Positions 9,217 to 18,166 of a DNA stretch of 64,000 bases are shown here, in pieces. Below the pieces are notes generated by a model, which saw nothing but the letters and a program-made list of their open reading frames with translations, had not been told where the DNA came from and did no database searches. The DNA comes from Candidatus Lachnoclostridium avicola (GTDB taxonomy: Bacteria > Bacillota > Clostridia > Lachnospirales > Lachnospiraceae). The stretch is taken from the NCBI GenBank assembly GCA_019114465.1, contig DXFM01000016.1, positions 82 to 64,081 of the forward strand. The letters are read 5' to 3'. The number at the start of each line of letters is the position of its first letter. Positions within the stretch are counted from its first letter, which is position 1. Made by a program: the position numbers and the translations under genes.

Positions 9217-10759
9217 TTCCCCCACCTCCCCAGTAGGTGCGGACTCCCCGCCGGTACCCGGCGGCCTCCATGAGATGTTCCCGCCGGATGGAGACCTCCC
9301 CCGCCAGGTCCGCAATGGTTCTCGCCACTTTCAGCAGCCGGTCTCTCCCTCGGCCGCTCATCTCTTCCCTCTCATAGAGCTCCCTCATCAGCGCTTCCTC
9401 CTCGGCCCCCAGACGGCAGAACCGCTCCAGCTCCGGCCGCCCCATGCGGCTGTTGAACTGTACCGGTGTCCCGGCAAAACGCTCCCGCTGGATCTGCCAG
9501 GCCGCCTCCACCCGCCGGCGTATATCCGCGGAGCTCTCCTCCTGCTCTTTCCGGCCTGAGGCAATGGCATCATAGGGAATCTGCACTGCTTCCGCGATCA
9601 GATCCATCCGGTCCAGAATCGGCCTGGAGATCCGGCCCAGATACCTTCGCACCTGACTTTCTGTACAGCGGCACCGGCTTCTGTCCGGATAAAACCCGCA
9701 GGGGCAGGGATTGCTGGCCGCCACCAGCATAAAATCCGCAGGGAAGCAGTACGCTCCGCTGACCCTGGCCACCACAATCCTGCGGTCCTCCAGCGGCTGC
9801 CGCAGCAGCTCAATGACGCTCCGGGGAAATTCCGGCAGCTCATCCAGAAACAGCACTCCTCCCGTGGCCAGAGACACCTCCCCAGGTCTGGGTCCTCTCC
9901 CCCCGCCTGCAATGGCCTGCACCGTAGCGGAATGGTGGGGACTCCGAAACGGTCTGGCCCCAATGAGAGGCTTCCCCTCCGGCAGCAGTCCGCATATGCT
10001 GTAAATCTTGGAAATCTCCCTCCTCTCCTGAGGTGTCATGGGCGGCATTATGGTGGGGATTCTGCGGGCCGTCATGCTCTTTCCCGTTCCGGCAGGGCCC
10101 ATGAGAAGCAGATTGTGCATGCCGGCAGCGGCGATCTCCGCCGCCCGCTTGAGCATAGGCTGTCCCACCACATCCCGGTAGTCCGGCCCGCTCTCCTCTT
10201 CCTCCTCCCAAATCACATCCTCCTCCGCCTGTTCCTTCCAGCCTCTCTCATCCCCGTTCAGATATCCTGCAAGCTCTCTCAGATTCCGGATCCCAGTCAC
10301 CGGAACAGCTCCGGCGGCCCGTCCTTCCATCCGGTTCTTCTCCGGCAGAAAAAAACGGCTCATTCCCAGCTCCGCTGCCGCCCCCGCCATGGTAAGGGAG
10401 CCGCGGATCGCCTTTACCTCCCCGCTCAGCCCCAGCTCCCCTGCTATGACGATCTGATCCAAACGGTCCGTCCGGATCAGTCCGTAGGCTCCCAGCACCC
10501 CCACGGCTATGGGAAGATCAAAGGCAGTCCCCTCCTTCCGCACATCCGCCGGGGAGAGATTGACAGTGATTTTCCGCGGCGGACACTGGAAACCGGAATT
10601 TTTTATGGCTGTGATCACCCGGTCCCTGGCCTCCTTCACCTCGCTGCCCAGATATCCCACCATGGAAAATCCGGGCAGACCGTTGCTCACATCCACCTCC
10701 ACCTTCACCTGATATCCCTCCATACCGGAAATTCCAATGCTGTTGACTCTGCAAAACAT
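9209..10759 (-). CDS. comM: YifB/ComM Mg-chelatase-like AAA+ ATPase
   Basis: ITVNLSPADVRKEG, GPAGTGKS, PFRSPHHS, LFLDELPEF, NPCPCG. Confidence 0.93.
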   Translation of the reverse strand: MFCRVNSIGISGMEGYQVKVEVDVSNGLPGFSMVGYLGSEVKEARDRVITAIKNSGFQCPPRKITVNLSPADVRKEGTAFDLPIAVGVLGAYGLIRTDRLDQIVIAGELGLSGEVKAIRGSLTMAGAAAELGMSRFFLPEKNRMEGRAAGAVPVTGIRNLRELAGYLNGDERGWKEQAEEDVIWEEEEESGPDYRDVVGQPMLKRAAEIAAAGMHNLLLMGPAGTGKSMTARRIPTIMPPMTPQERREISKIYSICGLLPEGKPLIGARPFRSPHHSATVQAIAGGGRGPRPGEVSLATGGVLFLDELPEFPRSVIELLRQPLEDRRIVVARVSGAYCFPADFMLVAASNPCPCGFYPDRSRCRCTESQVRRYLGRISRPILDRMDLIAEAVQIPYDAIASGRKEQEESSADIRRRVEAAWQIQRERFAGTPVQFNSRMGRPELERFCRLGAEEEALMRELYEREEMSGRGRDRLLKVARTIADLAGEVSIRREHLMEAAGYRRGVRTYWGGGGID

Positions 10760-10884
10760 AGACACACCCCTTTCCGGGAACCCGACCCGCAGAAAACGCC
10801 CCGCCCGCACGCTTTCAGAGAACGGGCTGTCTCTGCCGCCGGTTCCATCTATTCCAATCCCATCGGGAATGGTATAATTTACTG

Positions 10885-10995
10885 ACTGCTTTTCAATGAT
10901 AAATTCTCCAGGATACTCATGGCCGAACGGCCTGCAGAAGAGGGGCGGGACTTCCCGCCCGGACTGCTCTCGCCTGCGATCAGGCGAATTTAGAT
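10885..10995 (+). ncRNA. Candidate structured small RNA (unassigned)
   Basis: TGGTATAAT at 10870-10878, then three GC hairpins potentially closed by TAAATTC/GAATTTA. Confidence 0.3.
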
Positions 10996-11041
10996 ATGTT
11001 ATGGATAGATATATAAAGTGATATAATAATAGAAGAAACTC

Positions 11042-11974
11042 TCAGGAACAGAGACTGCAGATCCAGTCTCCCAGGTCACGGCAGACCTGCTCCCGCTCCA
11101 GATCATTGAGGATTTCATGGCGGCTGCCCTCATACAGCTTCATCGTTACCTGCTTCATTCCCAGGGAGCGATACTGGTCAAAGACCCTTTTCACCCCTTT
11201 TCCGTAATCTCCCACCGGATCCTCGCTTCCGGACACGAGAAATACGGGGAGCTCTGACGGCATATTTCCCACCAGCCGCCGGTTCTTCAAATCCAGCATC
11301 ACATGGAAGAAATCCCGGTATGCGGAGCAGGTAAAGCGGAACTGGCAGTAGGGATCCGCCACAAACCGGTCCACCCGCTCTGCATCCCTGGAAAGCCAGT
11401 CGCTTCCCGTTCTGGCCGACGGGATTCTCCGGTTGTAATTTCCCAGAACCAGTCCGTGAAGCAGACGGCTGTGACACCGTTCTCCCCGTACCAGGGCGGT
11501 GAGATCCACCACCGCCAGAGCTGCCAGCAGGACCGCCGCCGGGTAATCTCCCGTGCCCATCAGAATGGCTCCGTCCACCTCCCTGCCGTACCTGGTCAGA
11601 TACCTGCGCACCAGAAAGGAACCCATGCTGTGCCCCAGCACGATGTGGGGACAGTTCGGGAAGAGCCTCCCGGCCGCCCGGCGGACCCGGCGGATATCCT
11701 GAACCAGGTAAGCCGCCCCGTTATGCTCCGCGAAAAAGCCCAGCTCGTCCCTCGAGGCAGCTGTTCTCCCGTGACCCAGCTGGTCGCAGCCGATCACGGC
11801 GATACCTCTGGCCGTCATCTCCTCCCCAAACTCGTCGTATCTTCCCACATGCTCCGTCATCCCGTGGACCAGCTGGAGGACCGCTTTCGGTTCTCTCTCC
11901 GGCTTCCAGCAGGTTCCCCACAGAGTGGAAACTCCATTGCTGGACGGAATCCGAAAATGTTCTGCTGCTGCCAT
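11042..11974 (-). CDS. Alpha/beta hydrolase (lysophospholipase/Hydrolase_4 family)
   Basis: HGMTEH, GHSMG nucleophile, RHEILND; own promoter TTGTGC-17-TATGAT at about 12061-12089. Confidence 0.9.
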   Translation of the reverse strand: MAAAEHFRIPSSNGVSTLWGTCWKPEREPKAVLQLVHGMTEHVGRYDEFGEEMTARGIAVIGCDQLGHGRTAASRDELGFFAEHNGAAYLVQDIRRVRRAAGRLFPNCPHIVLGHSMGSFLVRRYLTRYGREVDGAILMGTGDYPAAVLLAALAVVDLTALVRGERCHSRLLHGLVLGNYNRRIPSARTGSDWLSRDAERVDRFVADPYCQFRFTCSAYRDFFHVMLDLKNRRLVGNMPSELPVFLVSGSEDPVGDYGKGVKRVFDQYRSLGMKQVTMKLYEGSRHEILNDLEREQVCRDLGDWICSLCS

Positions 11975-12092
11975 AGCCATTCCTCCTGTCAAACTCATGC
12001 CTGTCCCACTCTCCGCCGCATCTGCGTCCGGGACAGGAAACACCGGCCGAAACTGATTTCATCATAGCATATCCGCCGCCGGAGCACAAGAG

Positions 12093-12854
12093 TCAATCCC
12101 TCTCCCACTCTGTCATATACTCCCGGTACCGCAGAGGCAGATGGGTCATCTGGCACTTCCGATTCTCCCTCTCCTCAATGGAAATGGTCTCCACAAAGGC
12201 CTTCCACAGCTCCCCGAAAGGATCCTGTCTCCCGGCGTCCTTCACCCACCGGCGGACTGAATCGGGAATTCCCCTCACCATTACCGTGTCCCGGTCTGCC
12301 CGGTGGACGGCAGCCTTGTCCCGCAGCTCATCCCACAGCATCCAGTTCTCCCCGGACAGCCGATCCTCAAAATGCTCTGCCACCAGGGGGAGAACATCGT
12401 TTTTCGGGCCGATCCGCCCGGCCAGAATCCCCTCCGGCAGCCGGGCAAACCGGACAAATCCTGTGAGCAGATGAGCTTCATTTCTCACATACCGCTGCAT
12501 CTCATACATCCGAAATACGGAGTCCAGGCTGAGCATATGGACAATCCCCGGCCCATGGCGGAATCCGTCCACCAGAAAGCGGTACATATGGTCCGCCTTT
12601 CCCTTCTGTCCGGAAAGAGAGACCTCCCACAGGAGAATCCCGGCTTCCCCGGACAGCTTCTCCCTCACGGCGGTCATCACAGACTCGGCCTTTCTTCGCT
12701 CCGAAACCACCTCCAGATACCGGCAGAACAGCTCCGGCTCCCTCTCTCCCTCCAGCTCCAGCCGCTGATCCCGGCTTCTCTTCCCGCTGGTCCCAGCGTC
12801 ATAGATCCCGGACAGGATCGACTGGAAATCATCTCTGCACACATACACATCCAT
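12093..12854 (-). CDS. TIGR03915/DUF4130 putative DNA metabolism protein
   Basis: EAHLLTGFVRF, HFEDRL, ERENRKCQMTHLPLRY; TGATG overlap with the radical SAM gene. Confidence 0.88.
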   Translation of the reverse strand: MDVYVCRDDFQSILSGIYDAGTSGKRSRDQRLELEGEREPELFCRYLEVVSERRKAESVMTAVREKLSGEAGILLWEVSLSGQKGKADHMYRFLVDGFRHGPGIVHMLSLDSVFRMYEMQRYVRNEAHLLTGFVRFARLPEGILAGRIGPKNDVLPLVAEHFEDRLSGENWMLWDELRDKAAVHRADRDTVMVRGIPDSVRRWVKDAGRQDPFGELWKAFVETISIEERENRKCQMTHLPLRYREYMTEWERD

Positions 12855-14206
12855 CACATCACCCCGGACAGCGCCGTCCTCTCATCCTCCGCTGTGGGAG
12901 ACGCCGTCATATGAAAATCGTCAAATAAGCTCATCTGCCGGTAGCTGTCCCTTTCTGTAATCTCCCAGGCGCGCCGCTTCTCCTCCCCGGCCAGACTGGC
13001 GGCGATCCAGTCCTGATCCCACCGGAATGGCATCATCATCTTACCCTGACAGGTGAGAAAATACATGGCTCTCTTTAGCACCACACCGAACTTTTTCAGA
13101 TCTCCGAAATCCAGGACTCCGTGCCTTCTGGCCTCCACAATCCGCCTGGCCGAGCGGACCCCGACCCCGGGCACCCGAAGCAGGGTGTAGTAGTCCGCCC
13201 TGTTGGCCTCCACCGGGAAGCGTTCCAGGTGGCGCACCGCCCAGTCGCACTTCGGGTCCAGAAGAATGTTGAAATTAGGCCGCTCCTCAGAGAGCAGCTC
13301 CTCTGCCTGAAATCCGTAATACCGCAGCAGCCAGTCCGCCTGATAGAGACGGTGCTCCCGCAGAAGGGGAGGGCCTCCAGGAAGGGAGGGAAGGAGGCTG
13401 TCCTCATTCACCCGGACGAAGGCAGAGTAAAACACCCGCTTCAGCTCATAGTTCCGGTACAGCGCCTCCGCCACGGAGAGCATCTGGTAATCGCTCTCCC
13501 CCGCAGCCCCCACGATCATCTGAGTACTCTGTCCTGCCGGCACAAAGGCCAGGCCGCTCCTGCCTCCCGAGAGAGCCAGCTCCTCCTTTCCCGTCCGAAT
13601 CCCTCTCTGAATCTGGCGCATGGGCAGAAGAATCTTTTCCCTGGTCTTTCCGGGAGCCAGAAGGCGCAGTCCCTCCGCCGTAGGCAGCTCCAGATTGACG
13701 CTCATCCGGTCCGCCAGAAAACCGGCCTGACGGATCAGGGCGGGATCCGCCCCCGGAATGGCTTTCACGTGGATATATCCCCGAAAATGATGATCCCGCC
13801 GGAGCTGGTACAGAGTCTGGCAGATCAGCTCCATGGTGTAATCCGGGCTGTGGAGAATGCCGGAGCTTAAGAACAGTCCCTCAATGTAGTTTCTCCGGTA
13901 AAATTCCATGGTCAGGGTACAGACCTCCTCCGGAGTAAAGGAAGTGCGCACCGTGTCATTGGAACAGCGGTTGACGCAGTATCTGCAGTCGTAAATGCAC
14001 TGATTGGTAAACAGGATCTTCAGCAGAGAGATGCACCTTCCGTCCGCAGAAAAGCTGTGGCAGATTCCCGCGGGGACGGCACTTCCCACCATTCCCTTCT
14101 TTCCCTTCCGATCCGCACCACTGGAAGTGCAGGCCACGTCGTATTTCGCCGCGTCCGTCAAGATCTCCAGCTTCTGCCGGAGAGTCAGGCTTTCCTGTAT
14201 CAGCAT
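12854..14206 (-). CDS. Putative DNA modification/repair radical SAM protein (TIGR03916) with HhH motif
   Basis: AAKYDVACTSSG, CIYDCRYC, REHRLYQADWL, LLRVPGVGVRSA. Confidence 0.93.
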   Translation of the reverse strand: MLIQESLTLRQKLEILTDAAKYDVACTSSGADRKGKKGMVGSAVPAGICHSFSADGRCISLLKILFTNQCIYDCRYCVNRCSNDTVRTSFTPEEVCTLTMEFYRRNYIEGLFLSSGILHSPDYTMELICQTLYQLRRDHHFRGYIHVKAIPGADPALIRQAGFLADRMSVNLELPTAEGLRLLAPGKTREKILLPMRQIQRGIRTGKEELALSGGRSGLAFVPAGQSTQMIVGAAGESDYQMLSVAEALYRNYELKRVFYSAFVRVNEDSLLPSLPGGPPLLREHRLYQADWLLRYYGFQAEELLSEERPNFNILLDPKCDWAVRHLERFPVEANRADYYTLLRVPGVGVRSARRIVEARRHGVLDFGDLKKFGVVLKRAMYFLTCQGKMMMPFRWDQDWIAASLAGEEKRRAWEITERDSYRQMSLFDDFHMTASPTAEDERTALSGVM

Positions 14207-14232
14207 TGTCCTACCGCCCTTCTGTCAGAATC

Positions 14233-14303
14233 GAACACTTGTTCTTTTTCGTATTCTATCACAGAGTGCGGGGGATTGCAAGCATTTTTTCGAACTTATG
14301 TTC
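14233..14303. promoter_or_regulatory. Two LexA (SOS/Cheo) boxes flanking the SigA promoter of the radical SAM operon
   Basis: GAACACTTGTTC (14233-14244) and GAACTTATGTTC (14292-14303); TTGCAA-17-TAGAAT on the minus strand (14253-14281). Confidence 0.85.
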
Positions 14304-15171
14304 TTTTCTGAATCAATTCCATCAGCCGCTTCATCTGACTGGTCATGGTGCGCTCCTTCACCCAGGCGGCTCTCATCCTGTTTTCCATGGAGAGCCCGTC
14401 CACCGGAACCTGTACCAGCCGACCGGCCTGCACCTCCGGTTCCGCCACCGGCTCCGGGAGAACCGCAGCTCCCAGGCCTTCCTCCGCCAGCCGCACCAGG
14501 GCCTGGGTATTGACGCTGGTGCAGGCAGGCTCCGCTGACAGCCCCAGGCCGTAAAGGCCGTGGTCAAACACATCCCGGACGGCGCTCCCCTTCTCCCGCA
14601 GAAGGAGCCGCTCCCGGATCAGTTCCTCCGGACCGCAGGAAGGGCGAAGGGCCAGGGGATGGGCGGGAGAGACATAAACTCCCACCTGGTAAGAGCCGAA
14701 CTCCACGCTCTCCAGCCTGCTGGAGCGGATATTTCCCTCCAGAAAGCCAAAGTCCAGCCGGTAGGCCAGCAGCTCCTCCTCAATTCTGACGGCGCTGTCC
14801 ACCGTCACCTGCACCGGTGTCCGGGGATAGCGGCGGGAAAATTCCGCCCACACCTTCGGAAGCCAGAAATTGGCGATGGTGATGTTGGCCCCCAGGTGGA
14901 TGGGCGTCTGCTCCTCCGATTCTGCGAAATTCACGGAGAGCTCCCCGAACAGCTCCAGAATCTGCTCAGCCTTTTCCTGAAACCGTCTGCCCGAGGCATT
15001 TAAATACAGCCGCCGGGAGATCCGGTCGAAAAGGGGACAGCCGGCTTCCTCCTCCAGGGCATTGATCACATGGGTCACCGCCGGCTGGGTCATATAGAGC
15101 GCCTTCGCCGTCTTTGTCACGCTCCCCTCCCGGCAGAGGGTGCAGAATATTTCCAGCTGTCTCACATTCAT
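14296..15171 (-). CDS. LysR-family transcriptional regulator
   Basis: N-terminal HTH (TKTAKALYMTQPAVT...LEEE...LFDR), LLLREKGS; divergent from the chromate transporters. Confidence 0.95.
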   Translation of the reverse strand: MNVRQLEIFCTLCREGSVTKTAKALYMTQPAVTHVINALEEEAGCPLFDRISRRLYLNASGRRFQEKAEQILELFGELSVNFAESEEQTPIHLGANITIANFWLPKVWAEFSRRYPRTPVQVTVDSAVRIEEELLAYRLDFGFLEGNIRSSRLESVEFGSYQVGVYVSPAHPLALRPSCGPEELIRERLLLREKGSAVRDVFDHGLYGLGLSAEPACTSVNTQALVRLAEEGLGAAVLPEPVAEPEVQAGRLVQVPVDGLSMENRMRAAWVKERTMTSQMKRLMELIQKRT

Positions 15172-15332
15172 ATTGGTACCTGTTCCTTTCCGCTTCCGCT
15201 GTGATGGGACGAAAGCAAAGCAGCATTTTCATTAGTTTCTAGTAATGATTTCCATAAAATAATAACATTTTACTTATTTTGTGACAAGGGGTATACTGGG
15301 CAGGACGCAAAACAAAGAAAGGAATATAAGAT

Positions 15333-15944
15333 ATGGAAAAGAAACGCCTCAGCCTTTACCTCTGGCTGTTCAAAGTGAATTTTTTCATCAGCGCCTTCAC
15401 CTTCGGAGGCGGCTACGTGGTCATTCCCATGATCCGGAAATATTTTGTCACAGAAAAACATCTGTTCTCCGAGGATGAACTGATGGACATGGCAGCCATC
15501 GCCCAGTCCTCTCCGGGAGCCATCGCCATCAATCTGGCGGTGCTGGCCGGATTCCGGACCGCCGGTTTTTCCGGGGCTGTGCTCAGCGGAATATCCTCCG
15601 TGCTGCCGCCCTTCCTCATTCTGTCCGTGATCTCCTCCTGCTATCAGGTGTTCCGGGACCTGCCTATTGTGGCGGCGGTGCTCAAGGGCATGGAAGCCGC
15701 CGTAGGCGCTCTCATCGTGGACATTGTGGTGGATATGGGAGCTGCCGTGCTGAAAGAGAAAAATCCCTTTTTCTCCTGCCTGATCCCGGCGGCCTTTGCC
15801 GGCAGCTTTCTGCTGAATATCAACGTGATGGTGATCCTGCTCATCTGCGTGGCCGCCTGCCTGCTCTACTATTTTGCGGCATCCAGAAAAACGGAGAGAG
15901 CCGTTTCCGCTGGACATTCTGAAAAAGGAGGTGTCCTCTCATGA
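15333..15944 (+). CDS. Short-chain chromate transporter (CHR family) subunit
   Basis: FTFGGGY, AQSSPG motifs; hydrophobic. Confidence 0.92.
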   Translation: MEKKRLSLYLWLFKVNFFISAFTFGGGYVVIPMIRKYFVTEKHLFSEDELMDMAAIAQSSPGAIAINLAVLAGFRTAGFSGAVLSGISSVLPPFLILSVISSCYQVFRDLPIVAAVLKGMEAAVGALIVDIVVDMGAAVLKEKNPFFSCLIPAAFAGSFLLNINVMVILLICVAACLLYYFAASRKTERAVSAGHSEKGGVLS

Positions 15945-16507
15945 CCTGGCTGACTCTTCTTCTGGCCTTCCTCCAGATCGGCTTTTTCAGCATCGGAGGA
16001 GGATACGCCACCATTCCCCTGATCCAGGAGCAGGTGGTGGACAAATACCACTGGCTCTCCATGCAGGAATTTACGGACATTATCACCATCTCCCAGATGA
16101 CGCCGGGACCTCTGGCGGTAAATACCTCCACCTTCACCGGCATCCGCATTATGGGAATTCCGGGGGCGGTGCTGGCCACCTTCGGCTGCATCATCTCCGG
16201 CTTTGTGATCTGCCTCTGCCTGTACTGCTTCTTCTCCAAATATAAGAGCGCAGGGCCGGTATTCACCGTGCTGAAGGGACTGCGGGCTGCCTCCATCGGG
16301 CTTATCGCCGCCTCCGCCGGCACCATTTTAGCCATGGCTCTGGCCGGATCCATGGTCCTGGGAGGGATCTCCATTCCGGTCAACGGAATCGCTGTGGTTC
16401 TCTTTCTCCTGTCCCTGATCCTGCTGCGGAAATTTCACCTCAACCCCATTCTGGTCATGGCAGTGAGCGGGGTCTTAGGCGCAGCGGTCTACTCCATCCC
16501 CTGGTGA
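15941..16507 (+). CDS. Short-chain chromate transporter (CHR family) second subunit
   Basis: FSIGGGY, SQMTPGP; ATGA overlap with its partner. Confidence 0.92.
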   Translation: MTWLTLLLAFLQIGFFSIGGGYATIPLIQEQVVDKYHWLSMQEFTDIITISQMTPGPLAVNTSTFTGIRIMGIPGAVLATFGCIISGFVICLCLYCFFSKYKSAGPVFTVLKGLRAASIGLIAASAGTILAMALAGSMVLGGISIPVNGIAVVLFLLSLILLRKFHLNPILVMAVSGVLGAAVYSIPW

Positions 16508-16541
16508 GAACGCCGGAGTGTCCCGAACACGACGGCGGCTC

Positions 16542-17474
16542 TCACCGGACGGGCTCCCCCAGCACCGAGGGCATGTCCCGCTCCGTAATTTTCTCTCTGC
16601 CGTCCGGTTCCCCTGATAAATAGGGGGAATCGGGGCGGGCAAGCCCCATATTTTTCCCAATCAGTTCCCGGCTCCGGCTGGCGTAGCAGTAAACGCAGCC
16701 GTGGGCGCAGGTGTCGTACATTCCAATATCCACGCTCTTTACACAGCCGCAGCTGGGCCGCTGGGTCTTATCTTTCGCGGCTGTCACCCTTCTTCCCGTG
16801 ATCTTTTCGATCCTCTCCCCGCTGATGCAGCTGCCCTGCCGGACACCCAGAGACGGGTAATCTCCTTCCTCCGAGCAGGTTTCCAACTCCATGCCCGCCG
16901 CCGCGGCCATCCGGGCCGCCGCCCGCAAAAATTCTTCCCGCTCCCGGGAATCCGGCGGCCGGAGCCCCAGCTGGTCCAGCTTCTTTTCAATCTTCCGGTA
17001 GCGGTCCAGAAAGCTGACCACACAGGTGTCCGCCGCCCCCTTCAGCTCTTCCGCCAACCGTCCAAAAGTTTCCAGATGGCGGGGAATGATCCAGTCCTCC
17101 GAGCAGATTACCGGATCATACCTCCAGACCACCCGGTTCTTTCCCAGCCGGCGGGAGAGCTCCCGGAACACGGCAGCCAGATGAGTTTTTTCCGGAAGAC
17201 CAGGCTCCAGGTCTTTTCCGTAGGCGGTGAGCGTAAACTGAAAATAATAAGGAAATCCCATGGCGTCCAGGCGGGGGAGAAGGGGAATTATGGGCTCTGG
17301 ATTTTTGGTCCAGAGCACCAGACAATCCACGGTCTCCCGGTTCAGCCGAATGCGGCTCACCTGATTCCGGTTCATGGGATTTCTCACACAGACATATCCT
17401 TCCTCCAGCCGTTTTAACAGCCACTGACTGTAAAAGGCGGGGATATCCGTCCGTCTGCTTGCACTGACAATCAT
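16542..17474 (-). CDS. DUF1848 domain protein
   Basis: MIVSASRRTDIPAFY, WTKNP, WRYDP, CGCVKSVDIG.YDTCAHGCVYCYA. Confidence 0.9.
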   Translation of the reverse strand: MIVSASRRTDIPAFYSQWLLKRLEEGYVCVRNPMNRNQVSRIRLNRETVDCLVLWTKNPEPIIPLLPRLDAMGFPYYFQFTLTAYGKDLEPGLPEKTHLAAVFRELSRRLGKNRVVWRYDPVICSEDWIIPRHLETFGRLAEELKGAADTCVVSFLDRYRKIEKKLDQLGLRPPDSREREEFLRAAARMAAAAGMELETCSEEGDYPSLGVRQGSCISGERIEKITGRRVTAAKDKTQRPSCGCVKSVDIGMYDTCAHGCVYCYASRSRELIGKNMGLARPDSPYLSGEPDGREKITERDMPSVLGEPVR

Positions 17475-18106
17475 GGTACATTTCCTCTCTCAAATTCGCT
17501 GCGAAGTTTCTCGATGGCTTTTTTCTCAATGCGGCTCACATAGGAGCGGGAGATCCCCAGAACCTCGGCAATCTCCCGCTGGGTGTGTTCTTTTTTCCCG
17601 AACAGGCCGTAGCGGAGACTGATCACCTGTTTTTCATTCTCCTTTAAACAGGTCTCATAGGCCTCATACAGCTCCTTCACGTCCTGATCCAGGATAATCC
17701 CCTCCAGGGCCTCTTTCCCCTCCGCTTCAATCACGTCTACCAGGCTGACGGATTCCCCGTCCTTATCCACGCCGATGGGCTCAAACAGGGAGACTTCCCT
17801 GGAAAATTTCCTGCTGGCCCGAAGGAGCATGAGTATCTCATTCTCCACGCATTTCGCCGCATAGGTGGCCAGCCGGGATCCTTTCTCCATTTTAAATGTG
17901 TTTACCGCTTTGATCAAGCCAATGGTGCCCACAGACAGCAGATCTTCCGTATCGTAGTCCGTTCCCTGATATTTTTTCACCACATGGGCCACCAGCCTCA
18001 TGTTTCTCTCAATCAGCACGTCCCTGGCTCTCTGGTCGCCATCCTTCAAACGTCCCAGATACTCTCTCTCTTCGCCGGCAGTCAATGGTTTTGGAAATGT
18101 TTTCAA
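17471..18106 (-). CDS. sigK: Sporulation sigma factor SigK (no pro-sequence, uninterrupted)
   Basis: FPKPL, NMRLVAHVVKKY, ATYAAKCVENEILM, TQREIA.LGISRSYVSRIEKKA. Confidence 0.9.
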   Translation of the reverse strand: MKTFPKPLTAGEEREYLGRLKDGDQRARDVLIERNMRLVAHVVKKYQGTDYDTEDLLSVGTIGLIKAVNTFKMEKGSRLATYAAKCVENEILMLLRASRKFSREVSLFEPIGVDKDGESVSLVDVIEAEGKEALEGIILDQDVKELYEAYETCLKENEKQVISLRYGLFGKKEHTQREIAEVLGISRSYVSRIEKKAIEKLRSEFERGNVP

Positions 18107-18166
18107 AGGAAGCCACCTGAAAAGCTGTTTATTTTAATTTATGCGCCGGCGGCTTCCTTAGTGCTT

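Noticed and set aside
10890-10995. Known riboswitch or ribozyme identity (hammerhead, twister, glmS, SAM, TPP) for the multi-hairpin region
   Set aside because: Conserved core sequences of those families are absent
9092-11039. Shared ATAGAAGAAAC 11-mer in dprA (minus strand) and at 11029-11039 as a possible DNA uptake sequence
   Set aside because: Only two copies noticed, AT-rich; over-representation cannot be shown without a genome-wide count
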